Assembly: GCA_963663965.2 (NCBI GenBank) | Contig: CAXXFK010000032.1 | Coordinates: 32,001-96,000, forward strand | Length of the DNA: 64,000 bases | Direction of reading: 5' to 3' | Source: Sedimentisphaerales bacterium | GTDB lineage: Bacteria > Planctomycetota > Phycisphaerae > Sedimentisphaerales > SM23-30 | Shown: piece after piece, positions 22,901-31,073 of the stretch | Numbering within the stretch: position 1 is the first letter of the stretch | Layout of the letters: each line of letters opens with the position of its first letter | Notes under the pieces: model-generated | Database searches by the model: none | What the model was told of the DNA's origin: nothing | What the model saw: only the letters and a program-made list of their open reading frames with translations | Translations under genes and position numbers: made by a program

Positions 22901-23439
22901 GATGAAATATAGAACTTACCCTGGATGTCTCCTTCTACATAACATTGACTCAAAATCCCTTCATTTCTACCAACTAACCCCCCAGCCCAGGTAAAATGTC
23001 GAGTACCAGCATATTCAACATACATTTTCAAATTAGTAACATTCAGATGCTTGATATGACCACTGATGCCCAGGTTTCCAAATATTCCAAAATATTTATA
23101 ACTCATATCATTTAAATCTGCGATATTGAGTAGTGTGAAATTGTCTATTGTATGACCACCACCATCAAATACTCCAGAAAATGCCTTATATTGTTCTGGT
23201 GCTATCACCGCCTTATCAAACTCATACCCCGCCAGATCAATATCCGCCGTCATGATGAAATACTTATCATAATCCCCCGTATTCTGCCCGAGCGAAGTCA
23301 AATCCCCCGCCGTCGCAATCTGAAAAGGATCCACCTCCGTCCCCGCTCCCCCTGAATACTGCCCTAAAGACATCCCGGCCAGCAACGCAACCATCATCCC
23401 AACCAATCCCACCCGGACATTTACTCTTTTACCAGCCAT
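16972..23439 (-). CDS. Large secreted GLUG-motif protein with two CARDB-like inserts, dockerin-like pair and C-terminal LamG-like domain
   Basis: Many GGLVG.N.G.I..CY repeats; four GG.G....P..I.T modules; GDFAGSYGVDFIDFAAISENWL; LVGYYPFD...WTHVA...FGGAIDDLRIY. An AGGAG SD favours the ATG at 23439. Confidence 0.85.
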   Translation of the reverse strand: MAGKRVNVRVGLVGMMVALLAGMSLGQYSGGAGTEVDPFQIATAGDLTSLGQNTGDYDKYFIMTADIDLAGYEFDKAVIAPEQYKAFSGVFDGGGHTIDNFTLLNIADLNDMSYKYFGIFGNLGISGHIKHLNVTNLKMYVEYAGTRHFTWAGGLVGRNEGILSQCYVEGDIQGKFYISSGTSSFYYYIGGMAGHNIGHIEESCSQCIISVEGSGYAGGLTGRNGQTIFNCYSNGQISGDVKAYYYLGGITGINGGDITNCYTQAKVSGGGASGSFSGSTFRGQLSACFWNNDINHYMPGIGDYDVADGLYGMSSDELKNSQMYLDAGWDFSIWTICDGMSYPVLLGVGPEVANLSAEYGQENYFEKGPNESLVLEYCVSNNGLLNGEAASSMPVSIDVLMSTNAGVDWEAPEGDFNIVDTVYVEALESCTQYSGEIVMTTPSEEGVYYIRMKAKAGSGEPEYLADDNWSEIIVLAVGEEFQGGQGISCRAHCINTIGDFVALTHKPELWHEYIVLLSDLDILEALVDSNDVYEIGDPESPYNPDWIKFEGILNGLGHLINYNLDAKSLFGFIGENGIVKNLNLKVNGHFNYSGRSCYSYGGMTLVNYGEIRECSINNHFYDSDNFCDDYNNTVGGIAAINYGIIQNCISTGYLSKGKVGEVGGIAGENYGILDSCQCDSRIKTTYYEWDSCIGGLVGRNHGEIYRSHSQALIENRSTLDSDCQVGGLVGGNQGYIMDCSAEPVILYGSVVGGLVGINYKFGMICFSHSNLVIAYDETSHYYSCGGLVGQNDGKLFHCYAEVDIETDTQAGGLVGYNVGEIGYCYAEGSVSGKYYIGGLVSSLGRDSIIEESYARCDVAGGVQVGGLIGYINNLGIGFVRHCYASGKVIGTDMVGGLVGGGEGVTFSVWDIEASGLTEGLGDSASQPVGVLGLTTAQMGQKEFYEQLGWDFESIWRIDPDSGLPDYRDIVDIRLEDVGPIGKAVIAGEETVIRFIVKNVSNTFANGTASHITTRIYLTSSADVDWEELGEEAVVAEHYLDQLKAGEYQEVELTIQAPMDPGIYFYRVSTVVENWEDEVNRDNNWSQPISLAAGYNYGGGIGTYDDPFLIYTVDQFNTIGLIRDHWESCFKLMQDIDLANLSDGQYNQIGFSNGKEPYVPFQGTLYGNHHVVQNFTWKGNGKEYVGLFAYLGDQSNIYDLIMKQVDIDLESNRYVGAIAGYNLGKIQNCRVDGMLKARSFLGGLAGFSWGRILDSSFSGRLDGFHYVGGVAGENKKQIVNNHVDADIVGNTYVGGIAGLSSAITDSSYLGHLTGIQYCGGIAGQSTGQLERCGSSGIITGERLVGGVAGACTGNQNLLECYSLCQVEGTGDYIGGLVGSINGSIVDKCCATGEVNGIHYVGGLIGSIQSGRITNCYASGAVCGDTYVGGFTGYRSYNMSDVLTQCYCCGAVSGSGVFTGGFQGDGSRGQHILWDIDTANQALDVGSEDGTGNTLSWPEECSTAEMQTQSTYLDCEFDFNTIWVIQEGRDYARLRGVGPQYCVYGGGMGSYRSPYLISTAEQMIEIGYHPEDWMRYFVLTNDIDMNTWSGKAAIPIGNSEVLFKGNFDGRNYTIFNYTLVTDYTLNTGIFGESGAGVISNLRVENIYIDAIYAYQVGGLVGSLKYDCEVYNCHVDGYVKGQSSVGGLIGNAEFGSRIDSCSFEGHVVGGFSTGGLMGQNDSRVYGCYTNALVESHSNAGGFIGINSYMVHNCKAEGQVTGSSTLGGFIGENSNGGELLNNLSMVSISETASESGGFCGINKGAFIYGCFWDKDKCQGCTSVGSGEVPSGIKGWPTGSLYDQYLYLSYNWDFVNESGNGIQDIWHMPYQDEGYPMLWWQKDIPGDFAGSYGVDFIDFAAISENWLCEYPWRSYHSLDPGNGIVEMDSLIHLANNWLEGGEWLDIDPLVGYYPFDSNGDDQQEGYHGSLINGATIDGDQAHIGAGALVLDGLDDYVDCGTDSAVVSIPHMAVAMWVKADEVSFTNTMHMIGQRDLSSHVWSFQLWGAHGGHLTGFVGGSDVYALTETEFTPEVGRWTHVAMMYDDFGDRKVHVYVDGVEVETVQQSALSGDRVMDTTIPVTIGDRDGGGKAFGGAIDDLRIYRRVLTEAEIIGLAQMGD

Positions 23440-23769
23440 CTTCAAACTCCTGTAATGTTTTCCTTTTCTATCTTAGATAATCGAAACGCTTAAATCTTCT
23501 TCGAAAACCTTGGCAACAAAAACCAGCCATCCAGGCCGTTAACCTTCATGTCTCTTCATGTTCTTCATGGTATAAATTCTTATATTCTATCATTTTGTAT
23601 CTATCTCCTGATACAAAACCTGATTCTGACAGATCAACTCAGCATTAATCTTTCCTTGCTTTATCCTGTAAATCCTGTGATCCCAAAGCTAAAATCCCGG
23701 CCAACATAACTCAACCGGGCATAAAATATATTTTACCAACCCACCCCCCATTCTCCAACAAAAAAACAA

Positions 23770-23792
23770 GTGGCACGGGCATCCTGCCCGTG
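23770..23792. repeat. REP-like palindrome GTGG-CACGGGCA-TCC-TGCCCGTG, copy 1
   Basis: Identical 23-bp copy at 48791-48813; 8-bp arms. Confidence 0.85.
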
Positions 23793-24072
23793 ATTTTTTC
23801 TCATTCCTACATCCCCCGGCCTGCCACGACCATCCCACCCGTAATTCCCCCTTTCCGTCCTTTTCGTCTTTTTCCCCTTTTTGCCTTTTTTCCCCACCGT
23901 ATGGAGTTCACGTTTCAACGTGTTTTTAAAAAAATCGCTCTTTGAAAACCAAATACCATCAACCCAAAGCATGGCCCCTCTCTTTTTTGCTGCATTTTTC
24001 CCCTTATATGTCTATAACATATTATATTACAAACACTTACACCTGATCCCTTCCGTACTACAATCCTTTATT

Positions 24073-24267
24073 TCTTTGTTTTCTTAGCAAGCTTTTTGTT
24101 CTTATGTTTTATAAGCGAAGTAATAACTTCATCTTACAAGATATTTTCATGGTCCCGAACTTTTTATCCTGTTGATCCTGTGATCCTGTCTAAATGGCTG
24201 TTTATCTTTGCGGCTTTGCGGCTTTGTGTGAACTATTTCTTATTTGGTTGCGGCTTGACCGCCCTGT
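24073..24267. repeat. Two-block dispersed repeat, copy A
   Basis: 24073-24102 is identical to 54445-54474 (30 bp). 24157-24267 matches 54631-54741 (111 bp, 10 mismatches by hand alignment). Confidence 0.9.
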
Positions 24268-24709
24268 GTGTTCCGTGTGTTCCGTGGCTATAAACTATTA
24301 TATTATAATGACTTATGCATATTCACCCTTCCCCGGCCCAATATAACGTCTCTCCAACACGAAACAAACCCAATCCCATCCAAAATCATTATAACTTATT
24401 ATTAAACATCAATATACAGCACCTATTTTCCAAACACTTAACATATTTTTGCATCAATCAATGTCAATTCGAGATCATTCGCGGTCAACCTTCCTGGCTG
24501 TTTTCCAGGCGGCCATGCGACTGCGTGGGCGCTCTATATTTCTTTCCTTGTTTCTGGTCCCCGATACCCACCCGATCGCCAAACGAACCCAATCATACCC
24601 ATCTTAACACAATCCGGTTCATCTACACCTATGGTCAACATAGACAAGCTGGTGATAGAAGTTACAAATCATCCGCCCCCATCCAACCCGCATCCCCATT
24701 CCAAATACC

Positions 24710-24738
24710 TTGACTTAAATCACCAGCCCTATTATATT
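24710..24738 (+). promoter_or_regulatory. Putative sigma70 promoter for M3 peptidase
   Basis: TTGACT-N17-TATATT. Confidence 0.55.
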
Positions 24739-24790
24739 CCAGTCTGCTTTTCAACTTATGTCTGTAACTCATTTTAAAACGGAGAATAAC

Positions 24791-26488
24791 ATGAACACAC
24801 GTCGGCTCCCGATCAATCCCGTTTATTCCCTACTATTGATCTCTTTCACCTTCATCAGCCTGACTGGTTGCATGAATACCCAGGAAAAACAAACCCAACT
24901 TCTCATTAACCACCATGTTGCCAAATTCGACCCCCTCTATGCCGATATGGGCCGGGCCTATTATACCGCTCAGGTTACCGGCGCCGAGTCCGATTACGAC
25001 AAAGTCGAAAAACTGGAACTGGAAATCAACAACTTATACCTCGACCGCGACAACTTCGAACTTATCAAAGAATTAAAAGACTCCGGCCAGGTAACCGAAT
25101 TGCGACTCGCCCGCCAGCTGCAACGGTTATACCTGGCATTCCTGACCAGCCAGATGGATCCCGACCTGCTCAAGGAAAGCATCAAACTGCAAAACAGCAT
25201 CACCGAAAAATACAACAACTATCGCGGCAGTATTGACGGCGAAAAAGTCACTATGACCGAAATTTACCGTATCATGACCACCGAAAAAGATGTCGCCTTA
25301 CGCGAAAAAGCCTGGCGTGCCTCCAAAGAGGTCGGCCCCGCGATCGTCGATGATTACCTGCGTCTGGTCCAGATGCGCAACCAACTGGCCCAACAGGCCG
25401 GCTTCCCCAACTACCACACCTACCTGCTGACGGTGGGCGAACAATCCGTCGAAGATCTCGACAAGCTCTTCGCCGAACTCGACAATCTCACCGTTGGTCC
25501 ATTCAAAGCGTTAAAAGCCGAACTGGATGAAATCCTCGCCAAGGACTATGGCATCGGCGTCGCCGAACTCAGACCGTGGCACTATCACGATCCTTTCTTC
25601 CAGAGAACCCCCCTGGTTTACGAACTCAACCTGGATCAATATTACGCCAAATCCAATGTCGGACAATTATGCATCGATTATTACGCCGGTATCGGCACTC
25701 CGGTTGATGACATCATGGCCCGCAGCGATCTCTACGACAAACCCGGCAAAAACCCCCACGCCTTTGCCCAGGATATCGATCGCCACGGCGATGTCCGTAT
25801 TCTTGCCAATATCGCCAACGATGAACGCTGGATGGAAACCATGCTCCACGAACTGGGCCATGCCGTTTATTCCAAATATCATGATCCGGCCGAACCCTAT
25901 CTCCTCCGTGAGCAGGCCCATCCCTTCACCACCGAAGCCGTTGCCATGTTCTTCGGCCGCCTGTCCCGTAACGCCGCCTGGATGCAAACCATGCTCAAGC
26001 TGACAGACGACCAGCGAAACGAACTGGAAGCTGTGGCTTCAAAATACCTCCGCTTCCAGCAAATCCTGTTCGCACGCTGGGCGCTGGTCATGTACAATTT
26101 CGAAAAAGCCGTTTACGCCGACCCCCAACAGGACCTGAACACCCTCTGGTGGGATTTAGTGGAAAAATATCAGCTCGTTACCCGCCCCGCAGGCAAACCA
26201 GACGCCGGCTGGGCCTCTAAACTCCACTTCACCTTCGCCCCCTGCTACTATCACAATTACATGCTGGGCGAACTCCTGGCCTCCCAATGGCACCATTATA
26301 TTATCAACAATGTCTTAAAACTCGATTCCGATAAAGATTTCGATTATTGCAACAATCCTCGCATCGGAAAATACTTTATCAAAAACGTTTACGGCCCGGG
26401 CGCCCTGTACCACTGGAACGAAATGATCCGCCGCAGCACCGGCGAAGAACTGACTGCCAAATACTTCGTCGATCAATTCGTAAACTGA
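24791..26488 (+). CDS. M3/M2-type zinc oligopeptidase, probable lipoprotein
   Basis: HELGH zinc motif, downstream TEA, HFTFAPCYYHNY, lipobox LTGC. GGAG SD before the ATG at 24791. Confidence 0.85.
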   Translation: MNTRRLPINPVYSLLLISFTFISLTGCMNTQEKQTQLLINHHVAKFDPLYADMGRAYYTAQVTGAESDYDKVEKLELEINNLYLDRDNFELIKELKDSGQVTELRLARQLQRLYLAFLTSQMDPDLLKESIKLQNSITEKYNNYRGSIDGEKVTMTEIYRIMTTEKDVALREKAWRASKEVGPAIVDDYLRLVQMRNQLAQQAGFPNYHTYLLTVGEQSVEDLDKLFAELDNLTVGPFKALKAELDEILAKDYGIGVAELRPWHYHDPFFQRTPLVYELNLDQYYAKSNVGQLCIDYYAGIGTPVDDIMARSDLYDKPGKNPHAFAQDIDRHGDVRILANIANDERWMETMLHELGHAVYSKYHDPAEPYLLREQAHPFTTEAVAMFFGRLSRNAAWMQTMLKLTDDQRNELEAVASKYLRFQQILFARWALVMYNFEKAVYADPQQDLNTLWWDLVEKYQLVTRPAGKPDAGWASKLHFTFAPCYYHNYMLGELLASQWHHYIINNVLKLDSDKDFDYCNNPRIGKYFIKNVYGPGALYHWNEMIRRSTGEELTAKYFVDQFVN

Positions 26489-26511
26489 TTCCCGATTCAT
26501 CGGATATCAAT

Positions 26512-26542
26512 AAAAAAGGCCGCCGGTTTTAATCGGCGGCCT
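26512..26542 (-). terminator. Rho-independent terminator after araA, between convergent genes
   Basis: AGGCCGCCG...CGGCGGCCT 9-bp stem with a T tract on the minus strand. Confidence 0.8.
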
Positions 26543-26560
26543 ACAGGCAAAACAAATCCT

Positions 26561-28066
26561 TTAAAGGCCTTTAGCCATCATATAATACATCTCATTATAC
26601 CGTATTTCCTTCTTAAAGCAGGAAATACAGGTATTCTCATCAATCAGCAGATATTCCAGATCGGCCATTTCCGCGTAATCTTCCATATATTCAGCCGTCA
26701 ATGCCTGACTGAATCCGGTATGATGCGCCCCGCCGGCCAGAATCCATGCTCCCGCCGCCACTTTCAGATTGGGCTTGGGCACCCACACCGCCCGGGCAAC
26801 CGGCAACTTCGGCAGATCGGCGTCCGGCGCCACACATTCTACCGTATTGACCAGTAAACGGAAACGGTTCCCCATATCCATTATAGATGCGTTCAGCGCC
26901 GGTCCACTGGAAACATTAAACACCAGCCGGGCAGGATCGGCCTTGCCGCCAATACCCAATTGGTGTATTTCCAGCTTCGATTTACCCTGTCCAATCGTCG
27001 GACAGACTTCCAGCATATGAGCGCCTAACACCTTCGGCCCCTTGGGATCGAGATGATAGGTATAATCTTCCATAAACGAAGTCCCGCCCGGCAATCCCGC
27101 CGCCATCACTTTCATCGCCCGCACCAGCGCGGCCGTTTTCCAGTCGCCTTCAGCGCCAAAACCATAGCCATCGGCCATTAAACGCTGAACCGCCAGGCCC
27201 GGCAACTGTTCCAGTCCATGCAAATCTTCAAAAGTGGTGGTAAATGCCTTAAAACCACCCTTTTCCAGAAACGCACGCATTCCCACTTCAATCTTGGCTG
27301 CGGCTCGCAGATTGTCGTGACAGGCTCCGCCTTGGGCGGCATTGGCGGCAATTTCATATTCACCTAGATAAGTTGCCACCATCTGATCGATTTCAGCGTC
27401 TGACACCTGATTGACACATTTTACCAGATCGCCAACGCCATAGCCATTTACCGAATAACCAAATTTTTTCTGTGCTTCGACTTTGTCGCCTTCCGTTACG
27501 GCCACTTCTCGCATATTGTCGCCCCAGCGGGCAATTTTGGCGCCCTGACTATCGTACCACGCGCAGGCGGCACGAGCCCAGACACCCAGTTTCTGCTGTA
27601 CCTCTTCTTCCTGCCAGAAACCCACTACTACTTTGCGGTTCTTACGCAATCGGCTGCAGATAAATCCAAACTCCCGGCATCCATGCGCCGACTGGTTCAG
27701 GTTCATAAAATCCATATCGATCTTATCCCAGGGAATATCCCGGTTATACTGAGTATGCAGATGGGCGAATGGCTTTTTCAAATTACTCAAACCGGCTATC
27801 CACATCTTCGCCGGTGAAAAGGTATGCATCCAGGTAATCAAACCCACACAATTGGGAGTAGTATTAGCCTCTACACAAAGATTATAAATCTCTTCCGGCC
27901 GGGTCAGCACCGGTTTAAAAACTACTTTCACTGGAATCTGAACTGATTTATCCAGAAAGGCCGCAATTTCCTTGGAATGCGTGGCGACCTGTTTAAGGGT
28001 TTCATCACCATATAAATGCTGGCTACCCGTTACAAACCATACCTCATACTGCTTAAGATCAATCAT
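26561..28066 (-). CDS. araA: L-arabinose isomerase
   Basis: [67 protein letters not shown]. Confidence 0.97.
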   Translation of the reverse strand: MIDLKQYEVWFVTGSQHLYGDETLKQVATHSKEIAAFLDKSVQIPVKVVFKPVLTRPEEIYNLCVEANTTPNCVGLITWMHTFSPAKMWIAGLSNLKKPFAHLHTQYNRDIPWDKIDMDFMNLNQSAHGCREFGFICSRLRKNRKVVVGFWQEEEVQQKLGVWARAACAWYDSQGAKIARWGDNMREVAVTEGDKVEAQKKFGYSVNGYGVGDLVKCVNQVSDAEIDQMVATYLGEYEIAANAAQGGACHDNLRAAAKIEVGMRAFLEKGGFKAFTTTFEDLHGLEQLPGLAVQRLMADGYGFGAEGDWKTAALVRAMKVMAAGLPGGTSFMEDYTYHLDPKGPKVLGAHMLEVCPTIGQGKSKLEIHQLGIGGKADPARLVFNVSSGPALNASIMDMGNRFRLLVNTVECVAPDADLPKLPVARAVWVPKPNLKVAAGAWILAGGAHHTGFSQALTAEYMEDYAEMADLEYLLIDENTCISCFKKEIRYNEMYYMMAKGL

Positions 28067-28108
28067 AACTATCTCCTTGACAGGTTTTTATAAATTATCG
28101 CAAGCCTT

Positions 28109-28137
28109 AAAGTATCTAAACTTTGCAAAACCGTCAA
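28109..28137 (-). promoter_or_regulatory. Putative sigma70 promoter for araA
   Basis: TTGACG-N17-TACTTT on the minus strand. Confidence 0.5.
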
Positions 28138-28411
28138 TAATCTTGTTAAATTAGTAAACTTAGATTATTGATTATAATTTGTAAGACCACCTCGCAAAAC
28201 GCCATATTTAGCTTTTTATTAACCATATTGCCGAATTTATGATTTTATTTGCCTGAACAATGATCTGTGGATAATGCCCGGTAAAAATAAGGCGCTTTTT
28301 ATAGTAAAAATCATAAACCAGGATGTCATATTGGCAGACCAATTATTTATTTCAACTATTCTTAAAATATATCATTCTATCTTTCAAACACTTATAATAC
28401 TATTGATTTTA

Positions 28412-28428
28412 TTGGCACAAGGTTTGCT
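28412..28428 (+). promoter_or_regulatory. Sigma54 (-24/-12) promoter upstream of clpB
   Basis: TTGGCAC-AAGGT-TTGCT fits TGGCAC-N5-TTGCW, ending 41 bp before the ATG. Confidence 0.75.
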
Positions 28429-28469
28429 CTCTATATTCTTTAATTTAAATCCAAGCTAAAGGAGAGCCT

Positions 28470-31061
28470 ATGAACTTCGATAAATTCACCAGTAACGCGC
28501 GTCAGGCGCTGGGTGCCTGCCAGGAACTGGCCCAGACAAACGGTCATTCGACCATTACACCGTTACATTTACTGGCAGCATTGCTGGAAGAACGGGAAAA
28601 TGGCATTGTCCTGCCATTATTAAATAAGGCCGGTGGCTCGGCTGAACAGATCAAAAGCCTGGTTGATAACGAATTAAAACGCCTCCCACGGGTAAGTGGC
28701 AATACTCAGCTTACCGGCGACGCCGCCTTAAATAAAGTGCTGATAGGCGCAAAAAAGGAAGCCGAAACTCTCAAGGATGAGTACGTCAGCGTGGAACATC
28801 TGTTGCTGGCGCTGTTGGAAGTCGCCAGTCCCGCGCAGGATATTTTGATGGTCAGCGCGGTTAAGCGTCAGGCGTTAATGAAAGCCATTACAGAGATTCG
28901 CGGCAATCAACGGGTGACGGATGAGAATCCGGAAGAGCGTTATCAAGCCCTGGAACGTTATGGTATCGATTTAATCGAACTGGCGCGCAAAGGCAAACTG
29001 GATCCGGTAATCGGCCGGGATGACGAAATCCGCCGGTGCATGGAAGTTTTGAACCGGCGAACCAAAAATAATCCTGTTTTAATCGGAGAGCCGGGTGTGG
29101 GCAAAACCGCTATCGTAGAAGGTCTGGCCCAGCGGATTGTCAACGGAGATGTCCCGTCCGGTTTAAAAAACAAAAAGGTTATTGGGTTGGATATGGGCGC
29201 GCTGATTGCGGGCGCTAAATTCCGGGGTGAATTTGAAAATCGCCTGAAAGCGGTATTGAAAGAGGTCACAGAATCGAATGGCGGGATTATCCTGTTTATT
29301 GATGAATTACATCTGGTCGTGGGCGCGGGCAAAGCTGAAGGCGCGGTAGATGCGGGCAATCTGTTGAAACCGGCCCTGGCGCGCGGACAGGTCCATTGCA
29401 TTGGTGCGACAACGCTGGATGAATATCGGCAGTATATCGAAAAAGACGCGGCCCTGGAACGGCGATTTCAACCTATTTTGATCAATGAACCCTCGGTGGA
29501 AGACACCATCGCGATTCTGAGAGGATTGAAATCACGCTACGACACCCATCATGGCGTGCGTATCACCGACAGCGCGCTGGTCGCGGCGGCGACTCTTAGC
29601 CACCGGTATATCGCGGACCGGTTTTTGCCGGACAAAGCCATTGACCTGATCGACGAGGCAGCTTCACGTCTGCGCATTGAAAACGATTCCATGCCCAGCG
29701 AACTGGATGAATTGAACCGGCGGGTCATGCAATTACAGATCGAACGAGAGGCGCTCAAAAAGGAGTCTGACGATGGCTCCAGACAGCGGCTGGATAAACT
29801 CAACAAACAACTGGCTGATCTGCAGGAAGAACAGCGGGCGATGCAGGCACGCTGGGAATCGGAAGTGGGCGTATTGAATGATATCAAGGCGCTTCGCGAA
29901 GAAATCGATCAAAAACGGAATGAGTTTCAAGAAGCTCAACGCTGCGGGGATCTGGAAACAGCCGCACGCTTGATGTATGGCACCATTGTCGATCTGGAAA
30001 AGCATCTGGATGAAAAAGAAAAACAAGCCGAAGAGAAGCAAAATGGCAATACCATGGTGCGTGAGGAGGTAACCCCTGAAGAGATCGCGCAAGTGGTCGC
30101 GCGCTGGACGGGAATTCCAGTGTCCGCATTGATGAGTGGAGAGCGTGAGCGATTAATGCAAATGGAAACCCTGCTCAAAACGCGAGTCGTGGGCCAGGAT
30201 GAAGCTGTGGCCGCGGTCAGCAACGCCGTGCGGCGCGCCCGGGCTGGCCTGGGTGATCCCAATCGGCCTGTCGGCAGTTTTATCTTCCTGGGCCCAACGG
30301 GAGTGGGCAAAACCGAATTATGCAAGGCCCTGGCTGAATTTTTATTCAATGACGAGCGGGCCGTGGTGCGAATCGATATGAGTGAGTTTATGGAACAGCA
30401 TAGTGTCTCGCGGATGATTGGCGCGCCGCCCGGCTATGTCGGCTATGAAGAAGGCGGCGTTCTGACCGAAGCGATTCGCCGGCGACCCTATAGCGTCATT
30501 CTGCTGGATGAAATCGAAAAAGCCCATCGCGATGTCTTTAATGTGCTTTTACAGGTGCTCGACGACGGCCGGCTCACGGATGGCCAGGGCCGCACGGTAG
30601 ACTTTAAAAACACGGTCATTATCATGACCAGCAATCTGGCCGGCGCCCAGATCCAGCAACTCAGTCTGGAGGATGGCAGCGACTGGGAGATCGACGCGCA
30701 TGTTCATGAGGCGTTAAAACAGCATTTCCGGCCGGAGTTTTTAAACCGGATCGATGAAATTATTATATTCCATTCTTTGAAAAAAGAGCACTTGTACCAG
30801 ATCGTCGATATTCAACTGGGCTATTTACGCCGGCGATTGCTGCAACAACAGATGGGGCTGGAGTTTACGGATAACGCCCGCGATCTGATATTGGAAGAAG
30901 GTTACGATCTGGCTTACGGCGCCCGTCCGCTCAAACGCGCTATTCAGCAGAAACTGGAGAATCCGCTGGCTCAACGGATCCTGACGGGTGAATTTGTTGA
31001 AGGCGATACGATTCATGTGAATGCGCACAGCCACCAGTTTACCTTTGAAAAACAGGTTTAA
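28470..31061 (+). CDS. clpB: ATP-dependent chaperone ClpB
   Basis: Clp N-domain, Walker A motifs GEPGVGKT and GPTGVGKT, long coiled-coil middle domain, [13 protein letters not shown]. Confidence 0.97.
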   Translation: MNFDKFTSNARQALGACQELAQTNGHSTITPLHLLAALLEERENGIVLPLLNKAGGSAEQIKSLVDNELKRLPRVSGNTQLTGDAALNKVLIGAKKEAETLKDEYVSVEHLLLALLEVASPAQDILMVSAVKRQALMKAITEIRGNQRVTDENPEERYQALERYGIDLIELARKGKLDPVIGRDDEIRRCMEVLNRRTKNNPVLIGEPGVGKTAIVEGLAQRIVNGDVPSGLKNKKVIGLDMGALIAGAKFRGEFENRLKAVLKEVTESNGGIILFIDELHLVVGAGKAEGAVDAGNLLKPALARGQVHCIGATTLDEYRQYIEKDAALERRFQPILINEPSVEDTIAILRGLKSRYDTHHGVRITDSALVAAATLSHRYIADRFLPDKAIDLIDEAASRLRIENDSMPSELDELNRRVMQLQIEREALKKESDDGSRQRLDKLNKQLADLQEEQRAMQARWESEVGVLNDIKALREEIDQKRNEFQEAQRCGDLETAARLMYGTIVDLEKHLDEKEKQAEEKQNGNTMVREEVTPEEIAQVVARWTGIPVSALMSGERERLMQMETLLKTRVVGQDEAVAAVSNAVRRARAGLGDPNRPVGSFIFLGPTGVGKTELCKALAEFLFNDERAVVRIDMSEFMEQHSVSRMIGAPPGYVGYEEGGVLTEAIRRRPYSVILLDEIEKAHRDVFNVLLQVLDDGRLTDGQGRTVDFKNTVIIMTSNLAGAQIQQLSLEDGSDWEIDAHVHEALKQHFRPEFLNRIDEIIIFHSLKKEHLYQIVDIQLGYLRRRLLQQQMGLEFTDNARDLILEEGYDLAYGARPLKRAIQQKLENPLAQRILTGEFVEGDTIHVNAHSHQFTFEKQV

Positions 31062-31073
31062 CCGGTATGCTCT

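Larger units (their letters stand above)
23544..24290. repeat. Intergenic cluster of short-period (8-10 nt) triple direct repeats
   Basis: cttcatg x3 (23544-23569), atcctgt x2-3 (23663, 24166), ttttc(g/c) 9-mers (~23852-23895), ctttgcgg x3 (24206), (t)ccgtgtgt x3 (24263). Confidence 0.75.

Noticed and set aside
23733..24713. Short ORFs in the 23.5-24.7 kb intergenic region
   Set aside because: Low-complexity translations of the repeat motifs, with no SD or family features.
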